Assembly (NCBI GenBank): GCA_016186325.1
Contig: JACPLW010000010.1
Coordinates: forward strand, 22,856-86,855
From: Parcubacteria group bacterium
GTDB taxonomy: Bacteria; Patescibacteriota; Minisyncoccia; UBA10092
Length of the DNA: 64,000 bases
Reading direction: 5' to 3'
Positions 53,829 through 64,000 of this stretch are shown here, in pieces. The notes beneath the pieces are model-generated. The model had not been told where the DNA came from. It saw only the letters and a list, made by a program, of their open reading frames with translations, and searched no databases. The translations under genes were made by a program, and so were the position numbers. Each line of letters starts with the position of its first letter. Position 1 is the stretch's first letter.

Positions 53829-55303
53829 ATTTAAAAGAACTTACCATAAAACAAACGCATGAACTTCTGCAAAATCAAGAAGCAAGTTCGGTTGAATTGA
53901 CGAAAGAATTTCTTAAAAATATTAAGGAAAAAGATGGCGATATTCATGCCTTTTTATCATTAACAGAAGAAACAGCTTTAGAAACAGCTAAGAAGGTTGA
54001 CGATAGAATTTCAAAAGGAGAACCGATTGAAATGCTCGCCGGAATTCCGGCGGCGATAAAAGATAATATTTGCATTCGAGGCGGAAAAACTACCGCCGCT
54101 TCGAAAATTCTTGAAAATTATATCGCGCCTTATGATGCGACCGTTATTAAAAAACTGAAAGAAGAAGAGGCGGTATTTATTGGTAAAACAAACTTAGATG
54201 AATTTGCCATGGGTTCTTCAACCGAAAATTCCGGATTCGGACCGACAAAAAACCCGGTTGATACAGACAGAGTTCCCGGAGGTTCTTCCGGCGGTTCGGT
54301 GGCGGCGGTTAAGGCCGGCTTTTCTGTTTACGCCTTGGGTTCTGATACCGGCGGCTCCATTCGCCAGCCGGCCAGTTTTTGCGGCGTCGTCGGTTTCAAG
54401 CCGACTTACGGCGCCGTTTCTCGGCACGGTCTTATCGCTTTGGCCTCCTCGCTTGACCAGATTGGCCCGATTACTAAAAATGTTGAAGATGCCGCGATTG
54501 TTTTTGAAACGATACGCGGCGGCGATGAACTTGATTCAACCAGTTCGCCTAATGATTGGCAGGATTTTAATAATTCAATTCCGGATATTGAAGAACTGAA
54601 AATCGGGGTGCCGCGCGAATATTTTACTCACGGTTTAGATAAAGAAATCGAGAAAAATATCAGGGGTGTTATTTCTAAATTAGAAAAAGAAGGCGCTAAA
54701 ATAGAAGAAATATCTTTGCCTTACAGCGATTTCGCGTTGGCAGCCTATTATATTATTATGCCGGCCGAAGCTTCGGCGAATCTAGCGAGATACGACGGAA
54801 TGAAATACGGACTTTCCACTATCCAAATACCAAATACTAAATACCAGATACAAAATTTGTCCGATGTTTATCTAGATACAAGAGGAAAAGGTTTTGGTGC
54901 CGAAGTAAGAAGAAGAATCATGCTTGGAACATATATTTTATCTCATGGTTATTACGACGCTTATTACAAAAGAGCTCAAAAAGTGAGGCGGCTTATTAAA
55001 AACGAATTTGACCATGTTTTTAATCCGTCGGCCGACGGAGTTGATGTTATTTTAACGCCAACCTCGCCGACAACGGCTTTTAAATTCGGGGAAAAAACTC
55101 AAGACCCATTATCTATGTATTTGGCGGATATTTATACCGTTTCGGTTAATTTGGCGGGCGTTCCGGCAATTTCGTTGCCTTCGGGCGAAGTAAACGGCCT
55201 TCCTGTAGGATTACAGCTTATCGGCAAAAATTTTGAAGATGTAAAATTGCTTAGAATCGCAAAACTTATTGAAACAATTATTAACGAAAAATCTCATGTC
55301 TGA
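53825..55303 (+). CDS. gatA: Glu-tRNA(Gln) amidotransferase subunit A
   Basis: Amidase signature GGSSGGS. 492 aa. Confidence 0.9.
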   Translation: MNLKELTIKQTHELLQNQEASSVELTKEFLKNIKEKDGDIHAFLSLTEETALETAKKVDDRISKGEPIEMLAGIPAAIKDNICIRGGKTTAASKILENYIAPYDATVIKKLKEEEAVFIGKTNLDEFAMGSSTENSGFGPTKNPVDTDRVPGGSSGGSVAAVKAGFSVYALGSDTGGSIRQPASFCGVVGFKPTYGAVSRHGLIALASSLDQIGPITKNVEDAAIVFETIRGGDELDSTSSPNDWQDFNNSIPDIEELKIGVPREYFTHGLDKEIEKNIRGVISKLEKEGAKIEEISLPYSDFALAAYYIIMPAEASANLARYDGMKYGLSTIQIPNTKYQIQNLSDVYLDTRGKGFGAEVRRRIMLGTYILSHGYYDAYYKRAQKVRRLIKNEFDHVFNPSADGVDVILTPTSPTTAFKFGEKTQDPLSMYLADIYTVSVNLAGVPAISLPSGEVNGLPVGLQLIGKNFEDVKLLRIAKLIETIINEKSHV

Positions 55304-55829
55304 TCAAGTTTTATATATAATAAACTATTTAAGCTCATATATTGTTTGGATTAGCGGTACTTCAGCTGTTTCTAATTTAAAATGGCTTGGTGGAGCGCTG
55401 TCTTTAATTTTCATCGGTCTCATAGCGCTTCTGATTATGAAGCTTCAGATTATAGACGGTTTATTTAAAACCGCGGGTAATTTTTTATTAACCAACGCTT
55501 TTCCTAAAAGGCATCTTAATAAATCCTGGCAAAAAATTCTGGCGCGGCTTAATAAAAACGACGAGGCTAATTTACGGCTGGCCTTAATTGAAGCCGATAA
55601 CATATTTGACGATTTGTTAAAACAAATGCGGCTTCCCGGCGAATCAATGGCCGACAGGTTAAAGTACATTGATTCTTCACAGGTTTCTAACATTGACGAA
55701 ATTTGGCGCGCTCATAAGCTAAGAAACGTCATTGTTCACAATGCCGAATATCCAGTTACCAGAAATGAAATGGAATTCGGAGTCGGCGCTTATCAGAGAG
55801 CATTAAAAGAATTAGAGTTTATTGATTAG
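55296..55829 (+). CDS. Hypothetical membrane protein (occupies the usual gatB position; not GatB)
   Basis: Two TM helices then a soluble domain. Its last 72 nt are duplicated at 56573-56644. Confidence 0.4.
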   Translation: MSDQVLYIINYLSSYIVWISGTSAVSNLKWLGGALSLIFIGLIALLIMKLQIIDGLFKTAGNFLLTNAFPKRHLNKSWQKILARLNKNDEANLRLALIEADNIFDDLLKQMRLPGESMADRLKYIDSSQVSNIDEIWRAHKLRNVIVHNAEYPVTRNEMEFGVGAYQRALKELEFID

Positions 55830-56082
55830 AAAACACTTCTTACAATCTACGCACTTTATGCCGATCGGAAATAACTGCGTAGATTTTTTATGACTTTTTT
55901 GAATTTTTTAAGTTTAATTAGCGGGGAGCAGTGGACAACGTTAGAATCTGTTTTTAGACTATTACTGTTAAGTTGTTTATACCAAAACTATCACTTAACA
56001 CCTTTCTTATAAAATGAAAAAGCGGGCGAGATTATCGCACCGCTTGTTATGTGTTCTTTTTTCTTATAAATCAAGAAGCCAT

Positions 56083-56391
56083 TTACCAGTATTTTGGGGA
56101 ATACTTTACTTCATCTGGAATCGGGTTTACAAATACCCGTTCAACTGCCCGATAGAAAAACCACAGAGGCCACAAAGGAACTGCCCAACGCCTAATTTGT
56201 ATAAATATTAATGTTCTGTTCAGAAAGTCGCGATGCGCTTTAATTGTCTCAACATTTTTAGCAAATGCCAGCTCATCATCGCATCGGTTTATTTCTCGTT
56301 GCGTCATCCAACGCGAATGCAGTCTTCTAACCGTCCTGGTAGCTTGAGATGCATTAAACACACAATCAAGCCAAGGATCGTACATACCCAT
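56083..56391 (-). CDS. Hypothetical protein (102 aa)
   Basis: Good SD (ggaggtcgac-ATG). Lies inside the segment bounded by the 72-bp direct repeats. Confidence 0.4.
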   Translation of the reverse strand: MGMYDPWLDCVFNASQATRTVRRLHSRWMTQREINRCDDELAFAKNVETIKAHRDFLNRTLIFIQIRRWAVPLWPLWFFYRAVERVFVNPIPDEVKYSPKYW

Positions 56392-56507
56392 GTCGACCTC
56401 CGTTTGAATTTTTAATGTACATTATCAGATTGAGCCCCAGCCATCTGCTATAATGGCAGGCGCCAATTGGATAAGTATATACCATATAATAAAAATCCTG
56501 TCAAATC

Positions 56508-56575
56508 TGCGGGCCGGACGGGATTTGAACCCGCGATCTCTGTCGTGACAGGGCAGCGCTTTGAACCGCATAACC
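56508..56575 (-). other. Truncated tRNA 3' fragment (T-arm plus acceptor 3' strand only), related to but distinct from tRNA-Asp
   Basis: GAGATCGCGGGTTCAAATCCCGTCCGGCCCGCA against tRNA-Asp GAGATCGCCGGTTCGAATCCGGTCGCCCGCGCA. The stem positions differ by compensatory changes. No 5' half is present. Confidence 0.5.
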
Positions 56576-56644
56576 AGAAATGAAATGGAATTCGGAGTCG
56601 GCGCTTATCAGAGAGCGTTAAAAGAACTGGAGTTTATTGATTGA
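56573..56644 (+). repeat. 72-bp direct repeat of the 3' end of the 55296-55829 gene (about 94% identical)
   Basis: accagaaatgaaatggaattcggagtcggcgcttatcagagagcgttaaaagaactggagtttattgattga, against the same segment at 55758-55829. Confidence 0.7.
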
Positions 56645-56713
56645 CATATTTATTTAGTGTTTGTTATTATACTTTTCACTACAATTTTTATTATGCCCTG
56701 AGGGAGTCGGGAA

Positions 56714-56929
56714 ATGGCAGCAGGCGAGATATTTGAAAATCTAAAAGAATTCTCATCTAAAGAAAATAAAGTAGTTTTTAAAAATCCATTCTTTCTGTTC
56801 AGAGGCGAATCAAAAGATGAAGCACCGGAAGAAGTTCTTATTACAACACATGCTATCGAAGGAAATTACGGCGAGGTTGTAAGTGCTAATGACGTGGCTA
56901 CTTTTATAGCCGATCTATTGAATAGATAG
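56714..56929 (+). CDS. Hypothetical small protein (71 aa)
   Basis: ORF only. It sits between the tRNA fragment and the intact tRNA-Asp. Confidence 0.3.
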   Translation: MAAGEIFENLKEFSSKENKVVFKNPFFLFRGESKDEAPEEVLITTHAIEGNYGEVVSANDVATFIADLLNR

Positions 56930-57014
56930 AGCTTGGAAAAATAAAAAAAATTAAGCGCATCCAATAAATAACTATATTTATTGGATTTTTTATTGATTGT
57001 GAGAATCTTTTGTG

Positions 57015-57089
57015 CGCGGGCGACCGGATTCGAACCGGCGATCTCCTCCTTGACAAGGAGGCGCTTTAAGCCAACTAAGCTACGCCCGC
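57015..57089 (-). tRNA. tRNA-Asp (anticodon GTC)
   Basis: Minus-strand GCGGGCGTAGCTTAGTTGGCTTAAAGCGCCTCCTTGTCAAGGAGGAGATCGCCGGTTCGAATCCGGTCGCCCGCG. Confidence 0.8.
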
Positions 57090-57092
57090 AAA

Positions 57093-57164
57093 TGCCGATG
57101 GCAGGAATCGAACCTGCGACGTTCGCTTTATGAGGGCGACGTTCTACCACTGAACTACATCGGC
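57093..57164 (-). tRNA. tRNA with anticodon CAT (elongator Met or Ile2)
   Basis: Minus-strand GCCGATGTAGTTCAGTGGTAGAACGTCGCCCTCATAAAGCGAACGTCGCAGGTTCGATTCCTGCCATCGGCA. Confidence 0.7.
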
Positions 57165-57207
57165 TTTTAATTTGACCATTCTACCAGAATTAACGTATAA
57201 TTTCAAC

Positions 57208-57279
57208 GCGGGGTAGAGCAGTCTGGTAGCTCGCGAGGCTCATAACCTTGAGGTCGTTGGTTCAAATCCAACCCCCGCA
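57208..57279 (+). tRNA. tRNA with anticodon CAT (elongator Met or Ile2), with its own TATAAT box
   Basis: GCGGGGTAGAGCAGTCTGGTAGCTCGCGAGGCTCATAACCTTGAGGTCGTTGGTTCAAATCCAACCCCCGCA. TATAAT at 57196-57201. Confidence 0.75.
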
Positions 57280-57527
57280 ACACTTCGACTCGCTTCGCTC
57301 GCTCAGTGCAGGCAAGTTGCTTTTTTCGTAAAAATTTGATAAAATAAGCGCATGCTTTTAGGCACAAGACACGCTTATTTAATAGCCCTTATTTTTTCAA
57401 GCGTTCTGGCCTGGTCTTCTTTTTTTGGCATTGTTTTTTTTACCAATCCCGCCGATGCCGGTGTTCTCGGAGTTTTGACCTTGTATGTTAGTCTTGGCAT
57501 CGGATTGGGCAGTTTCGGACTCATTAT

Positions 57528-58694
57528 ATGGCAACTGATAAATCGGAAGAAAAATTAATAGAAGATTTACAAAAACGTCACGATCCAGAGGCCGAAAGGC
57601 TAAAGCGTTTTCTTGCTATGCCAGACTTGACGCGCACTTCAGAAGGTCCGCTGGCGGATCTTGCGCGGCGTATTGTTAATTTGCCGCGTTTTAGCGAATT
57701 TAATAATTTAAACATACCGGAGATTGTTCCGTATGATATAAGTTTTGATCTCTTCAATTTTCCCCCCAACCACCCGGCTAGAAATCCTTCTGACACCTAC
57801 TTTGTTGATGAAAATCATGTTTTGCGGACTCACACTACGGTAATGTGGTATTATCATCTGAACCTTGCCGAAGTAAAGAGTAAAATTAAAAAAGGCGAAT
57901 CCGTTGGCGCATTGGCGTACGGCAAGGTTTACCGTAAAGACGAAATAGATAGGGAGCACATGAACGTATTCCATCAGATAGACGGATGGTATTTATGTCG
58001 CAAGGAAAATCATGTTATAACAATAGATGATCTTCAAGAAGTTTTAGTGGAAATAGCGCGCGCAATCTTCGGGCAGGATATTAAGTATCGTTTTAATGTC
58101 GACAATTTTCCGTATACGGATCCTTCAATTGAGATGGAGGTCCAGATTAGAGAGCGGTCCTTCGACAAGCTCAGGATCCCGAGCAAAGTCGAGGGATGGA
58201 TAGAAGTTTTAGGCGCCGGAGTTGTAAGAGAGGCTGTTCTAAAAAACCTAGGCATTGATCCGGAAGAATATAATGGCTGGGCGTTTGGGTTCGGTCTTGA
58301 ACGATTAGCCATTACCAGCATGGACTTGCCCGACATTCGCCTTTTATGGTCTCAAGACGAAAGAGTTAAAAGGCAATTGAAATTAGGGAATAAATATATA
58401 GAGGTTTCCAAATTTCCGCCTATTACCCGCGATATCTCATTTGTAGTCGACAAAAATTTCGTTCCCAACAACTATTTTGATTTGATAAGAGATCTTGGCG
58501 GCGATTTAGTGGAAGAGGTGCGGCTTTTAGACAAATACAGCAACTCCGAAAAGTTCGGACATGATAAGCTAAGCTATACATACCGTATTATCTACAGAAG
58601 CAATGACAGAACTCTTTTATCGAGCGAAGTAGATGAAGTTCAGAAAAAAATCTATAGCGAAACTGCCAAACAATTTAACGCGGAATTAAGATAA
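57528..58694 (+). CDS. pheS: Phenylalanyl-tRNA synthetase, monomeric mitochondrial-like architecture (PheS catalytic core fused to a C-terminal FDX-ACB anticodon-binding domain)
   Basis: The class II core carries FNFPPNHPARN, FPYTDPSIEMEV and GWAFGFGLERLA. The C-terminal 110 aa (SKFPPITRDISFVVD...LLDKY...DKLSYTYRIIYRSNDRTLL...AELR) match the FDX-ACB domain normally found at the end of PheT. No PheT-binding N-terminal coiled coil and no pheT nearby. Confidence 0.65.
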   Translation: MATDKSEEKLIEDLQKRHDPEAERLKRFLAMPDLTRTSEGPLADLARRIVNLPRFSEFNNLNIPEIVPYDISFDLFNFPPNHPARNPSDTYFVDENHVLRTHTTVMWYYHLNLAEVKSKIKKGESVGALAYGKVYRKDEIDREHMNVFHQIDGWYLCRKENHVITIDDLQEVLVEIARAIFGQDIKYRFNVDNFPYTDPSIEMEVQIRERSFDKLRIPSKVEGWIEVLGAGVVREAVLKNLGIDPEEYNGWAFGFGLERLAITSMDLPDIRLLWSQDERVKRQLKLGNKYIEVSKFPPITRDISFVVDKNFVPNNYFDLIRDLGGDLVEEVRLLDKYSNSEKFGHDKLSYTYRIIYRSNDRTLLSSEVDEVQKKIYSETAKQFNAELR

Positions 58695-58697
58695 ATC

Positions 58698-60628
<1,931 letters not shown>

Positions 60629-60713
60629 CCCCGCTAAGATAGATTTGACATCATTAAATCTGTTTGTTATGATAGTATCAAAGGCCCGAGGGCTTTTTAA
60701 AAATACCTAATTT

Positions 60714-60908
60714 ATGGGCTATTTAGAAAAAACAAAAACATATTTTAAAGAAGTTAGGGTTGAAATGAACAAGGTCAATTGGCCGACGAAGACTGAAACC
60801 ATTAACTATACCTTAGTGGTTATTGGCGTTTCGGTTGCAGTCGCGGCTTATCTTGGCTCTCTGGATTTTATTTTTACTTCTGTTTTGAACTTTTTCTTAT
60901 TTAAGTAA
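60714..60908 (+). CDS. secE: Preprotein translocase subunit SecE
   Basis: 64 aa with a single C-terminal TM, directly upstream of nusG. Confidence 0.7.
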   Translation: MGYLEKTKTYFKEVRVEMNKVNWPTKTETINYTLVVIGVSVAVAAYLGSLDFIFTSVLNFFLFK

Positions 60909-60929
60909 TGCGGGCATTTTTAGAAAAAT

Positions 60930-61472
60930 ATGGCAAAACAACAAGCACAAGGCAGAAACTGGTATGTTCTTCATACTTACTCCGGTTATGAAGACGCCGT
61001 GGCGCGCAATTTGAAGCAGAGAATTGAATCCCTGGACATGCAGGATAAAATTTTTAATGTTTTGGTGCCCAAGGAAAAAAAGATTAAAATCAAAAACGGC
61101 AAACGACGCGTCACTGAAGAAAAAATTTATCCGGGCTATGTGATTGTAGAAATGATTGTTACCGACGATTCCTGGTATGTAGTAAGAAACACGCCTCGGG
61201 TAACCGGGTTTATCGGATCGGGGACAACGCCAATTGCGATTTCAAAAGAAGAAATGCTGGAGCTTCAAAAGCGGATGGGATCGACTGAATCAAAATATAA
61301 AATTGAATTTTCTATCGGCGACCCGGTGAAAATCGTTGACGGGCCGTTTAAAGATTTTGACGGCAAAGTGAGCGATATTGACGAAGAGCGGGGCAAGGTT
61401 AAAGTTATGATCTCGATGTTCGGCCGCGAAACAGCGGTGGAGCTTGACTCGCTGCAGATTAAAAAATTATAA
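60930..61472 (+). CDS. nusG: Transcription termination/antitermination factor NusG
   Basis: NGN domain WYVLHTYSGYE and the KOW motif GDPVKIVDGPFKDFDGKV. Confidence 0.85.
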   Translation: MAKQQAQGRNWYVLHTYSGYEDAVARNLKQRIESLDMQDKIFNVLVPKEKKIKIKNGKRRVTEEKIYPGYVIVEMIVTDDSWYVVRNTPRVTGFIGSGTTPIAISKEEMLELQKRMGSTESKYKIEFSIGDPVKIVDGPFKDFDGKVSDIDEERGKVKVMISMFGRETAVELDSLQIKKL

Positions 61473-61523
61473 AAGGTGGGCTACCCCGCAGTTGCGGGGT
61501 GCTCATAAATTTTAGCTAAATTT

Positions 61524-61949
61524 ATGGCAAAGAAAATTAAAACAATTATAAAAATACAAATTCCGGCTGGAGCGGCAACACCGGCTCCGCCGGTAGGCAC
61601 GGCTTTGGGTCCGCAAGGCATTAATATAGGAGAATTTGTCAGTAAGTTCAACGCGGCTACTAAAGAAATGGCCGGAGATATTATTCCCGTTGAGTTAACC
61701 GTCTACGAAGATCGGACTTACGATATGAAATTTAAAACTTCGCCTGCGGCGGCACTGCTTAAAAAAGCCGCGGGTATTGAGAAGGGAAGTAGCAATCCGA
61801 AAAAAGACAAGGTTGGCAAAGTAACAATGGCGCAAATTCGCGAAATCGCCGAAAAGAAACTGGTTGATTTGAATGCCAATAATATTGAAGCCGCGGAAAA
61901 AATCATAATGGGCACCGCTCGGTCCATGGGAATTGAAGTTGTAAAATAA
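61524..61949 (+). CDS. rplK: 50S ribosomal protein L11
   Basis: [27 protein letters not shown]. Confidence 0.9.
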   Translation: MAKKIKTIIKIQIPAGAATPAPPVGTALGPQGINIGEFVSKFNAATKEMAGDIIPVELTVYEDRTYDMKFKTSPAAALLKKAAGIEKGSSNPKKDKVGKVTMAQIREIAEKKLVDLNANNIEAAEKIIMGTARSMGIEVVK

Positions 61950-61961
61950 AAAATAGCATTA

Positions 61962-61982
61962 CTTGGTGACGCCGTCACCAAG
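61962..61982. repeat. REP-like perfect palindrome cttggtgacgccgtcaccaag (copy 1, 3' flank of the RAYT gene)
   Basis: 21-nt palindrome. Further copies at 62179-62199, 62446-62466 and 62666-62686. Confidence 0.7.
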
Positions 61983-62001
61983 TGGGTACATCTGACAATC
62001 A

Positions 62002-62700
62002 TTAGCTCTCCACTAAAAGATGTTCCATATCTTTTCTTTCGAGCATTATCTTTAAGGCATCTTCCGCGAAATCTTTATATTCCGCGATGGTTTTAAATTG
62101 TGAAATGATAATTTCTTTACCGCAAAGTTCTCTTCCATTTTTATCTTTTTTCTTCTTCATATACTCCTCCCAACTCGACTTGGAGACGCCGTCACCAAGT
62201 CGATGGACACGATTATTAAGATTCACATATGCGCTTACGTTCAGAAGATATTCGTTGGAGTCAACATGAACTGCTTTAAATGGACCTTGGAATAAAGAAC
62301 CGGAACGCTGACATTTTACATTGAAATATCTAGCATACCCAAGACATAATCTATGCATAAATTTTTCTATTCCTTTATCGGCGATTTGTCTCATTAAGAA
62401 GTGGTAATGATTTGGATTGAGGCAATAGCATACAAATTCCACTAACTTGGTGACGCCGTCACCAAGTTGAGATTCGCGCTTCCTAAATGAATTTTCAAAT
62501 ATACTTCCTATCGGTTCAACGGTATTGAACTCCTCCATACTTTGCAAGAATCTGGCATAATCTCGTGCGTCCATGAAAATTTGGCGTTTATCCACGCCTC
62601 GGCCGAAAATATGATAATACTCATCATTTACTAGTAATACTTTTCTCATACATCTTATTATACCACTTGGTGACGCCGTCACCAAGTATTTTTTCACCAT
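62002..62700 (-). CDS. REP-associated tyrosine transposase (RAYT; IS200-like Y1 HuH transposase) that carries three copies of its REP palindrome in-frame
   Basis: HuH motif NPNHYHFLM and a catalytic-Tyr region YVNLNNRVH (YxxxNP-like). The segments KYLVTASPSG, QLGDGVTKLV and RLGDGVSKSS are encoded by the palindrome copies. Confidence 0.6.
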   Translation of the reverse strand: MVKKYLVTASPSGIIRCMRKVLLVNDEYYHIFGRGVDKRQIFMDARDYARFLQSMEEFNTVEPIGSIFENSFRKRESQLGDGVTKLVEFVCYCLNPNHYHFLMRQIADKGIEKFMHRLCLGYARYFNVKCQRSGSLFQGPFKAVHVDSNEYLLNVSAYVNLNNRVHRLGDGVSKSSWEEYMKKKKDKNGRELCGKEIIISQFKTIAEYKDFAEDALKIMLERKDMEHLLVES

Positions 62701-62797
62701 AAATTTCTAACGGGGTCAATATTGTTTTTAAAAAATATCTAAGTTAGAGTTTAAAAACTTTATTGATCTTTTAAAATTTAAAAAAGAGGAACTCCAA

Positions 62798-63349
62798 GTG
62801 AACGCTAGACCGCCGAGATTAACTGTTGATGAATATTTTGATTTGATCGCTTTAATTTTTGCTTGCCGCGGCACTTGCGATCGTTTGCGGACCGCGACCG
62901 TTATAAGAGATAATGATAATATTTTAATTGCTGGCGGGTATAACGGCGCAATATCTGGGTTGCCTCATTGCGATGACATTGGCCATCTTATTGTTGAAAA
63001 TCACTGCATAAGAACTAATCATGGCGAAGAAAACGCGCTCTTAAATTGTATTGATTTATCTCGGATTGAAAATGGCGTGGCTACTATTATCGGTAATCCA
63101 TGTTTCCCGTGCGCGCGAAAAGTATTAAGCAAAGATATTAAAAGATTGCGATACATCGGAACATACGATAATTCTTTAGGGTTTGAACACGTTAAAGAAT
63201 TGTGCGAACAAAAAAGCGTTGTTATAGAGTTTATTGATATTAGAGATGTTTTGGAAACTCTCCAAAAGGCCATTTATTTTCTTCAGGGACCCGGCGGTCC
63301 ATTCCGTAATATGGAAAAAATTATGTTAAAATTGGAAGAGAAAGAGTAA
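62798..63349 (+). CDS. CMP/dCMP deaminase zinc-binding family protein
   Basis: HGEENAL (H[AC]E-type) and PCFPCARK (PCxxC) zinc-ligand motifs. Confidence 0.6.
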   Translation: MNARPPRLTVDEYFDLIALIFACRGTCDRLRTATVIRDNDNILIAGGYNGAISGLPHCDDIGHLIVENHCIRTNHGEENALLNCIDLSRIENGVATIIGNPCFPCARKVLSKDIKRLRYIGTYDNSLGFEHVKELCEQKSVVIEFIDIRDVLETLQKAIYFLQGPGGPFRNMEKIMLKLEEKE

Positions 63350-63927
63350 TGGCGGAACTCTATCTCGCTATAATTGGCCATACAGCTACCGGAAAAGAAA
63401 GTACCTACATCGCTGCTAAAGAAGCGCTTGCCGGTAAATTAACCGTATCCATTCATCATTTTTCCGATCCGCTTAGCGAGGCTTTGGATCTATTTTGCCT
63501 TGAAAAATCTCGGCCTAACCAGCAACTGCTTTCTACAATTCTGCGGCAAGCATTTGGTGAAAATATGCTGGGCAATATAATTTTTAAGCGGGTTTTGGCC
63601 GATCCGGCGGATATTGTATTTTTAGACGGTGTTCGCAGACCAAAAGATGTTGAGATGTTGAAAAATCTGCCAAATAGTTTTTTGGGGTATGTTTACGCGC
63701 CACCTGAAGAGGCATATAAAAGACTAGTTTTAAGAAACGACCGGCCGGGCGACGCCGAAAAAACTTGGGAACAATTTTTAGCCGAGCAGTCGGCCGAAAC
63801 CGAAAGCTTAATTGATACATTAAGACCGTTAGCGGATTTTACACTAGATAACCATATGCACGATCCAGAGTTTAAATTTCTTCGCACCCAAGTTGTGAGT
63901 TTAATATATGATGAATTCGATCTATAG
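63349..63927 (+). CDS. P-loop NTPase, putative (d)NMP kinase
   Basis: GHTATGKES Walker-A-like motif. Operon context is dCMP deaminase upstream and tmk downstream. Confidence 0.4.
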   Translation: MAELYLAIIGHTATGKESTYIAAKEALAGKLTVSIHHFSDPLSEALDLFCLEKSRPNQQLLSTILRQAFGENMLGNIIFKRVLADPADIVFLDGVRRPKDVEMLKNLPNSFLGYVYAPPEEAYKRLVLRNDRPGDAEKTWEQFLAEQSAETESLIDTLRPLADFTLDNHMHDPEFKFLRTQVVSLIYDEFDL

Positions 63928-63939
63928 AGGAGGGAACGG

Positions 63940-64000
63940 ATGTCGCATAAATATCCAGGGAAACTGATTCTTTTTGAAGGTTGTGAAGGTGCCGGTAAAT
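63940..64000 (+). CDS. tmk: Thymidylate kinase, N-terminal fragment (continues beyond the window)
   Basis: MSHKYPGKLILFEGCEGAGK. Confidence 0.5.
   Translation, partial: MSHKYPGKLILFEGCEGAGK

Overview
This window looks like a densely packed piece of a small AT-rich bacterial genome of the Candidate Phyla Radiation (CPR, Patescibacteria/Parcubacteria) type. All conclusions rest on reading the sequence and the six-frame ORF track by eye, so manually derived coordinates may be off by 1-2 bp.

The conserved backbone is translation machinery:
- clpP 3' end, a methyltransferase, an ABC transporter substrate-binding protein and three tandem TrbC/VirB2-like pilin genes at the left end.
- hsp20, a PrsW-like protease, valS, tsaD and recG.
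- pyrB, gpmI and def.
- The str operon (rpsL-rpsG-fusA-[inserted accessory genes]-tuf).
- The S10-spc operon (rpsJ to rplO, then secY-adk-map), with no L30 or L29 gene and with a GC-rich foreign gene inserted between rplC and rplD.
- ruvX, two glycosyltransferases, galT, a DedA protein, tpiA, mltG, ligA, gatCA, a tRNA cluster, a monomeric-type pheS, a frameshifted gyrB, and secE-nusG-rplK followed by a REP-associated transposase instead of rplA.
- At least 10 intact tRNA genes plus several tRNA-derived fragments.

The main accessory finding is a three-gene pupylation-like module at 10020-15360. It encodes an Mpa/ARC AAA+ ATPase that ends in the proteasome-docking motif GQYL, followed by two PafA/Dop-family ligase/deamidase paralogs. 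No Pup/UBact modifier gene and no proteasome genes are visible in the window.

Other notable features:
- Several families of short palindromic elements. Some are inserted in-frame into essential genes (valS, ruvX, tsaD, mltG, rplV and the transposase gene itself), much like Rickettsia palindromic elements.
- MITE-like structured elements with terminal inverted repeats that fill intergenic gaps.
- tRNA-3'-half-like elements, and a tRNA-Arg flanked by a 19-bp perfect inverted repeat.
- A frameshifted relE-type toxin in a toxin-antitoxin remnant between fusA and tuf.
- A cassette-like pair of novel ORFs bounded by a duplicated 75-bp terminator module.
- A truncated tRNA next to a 72-bp direct repeat, suggesting an integration scar.
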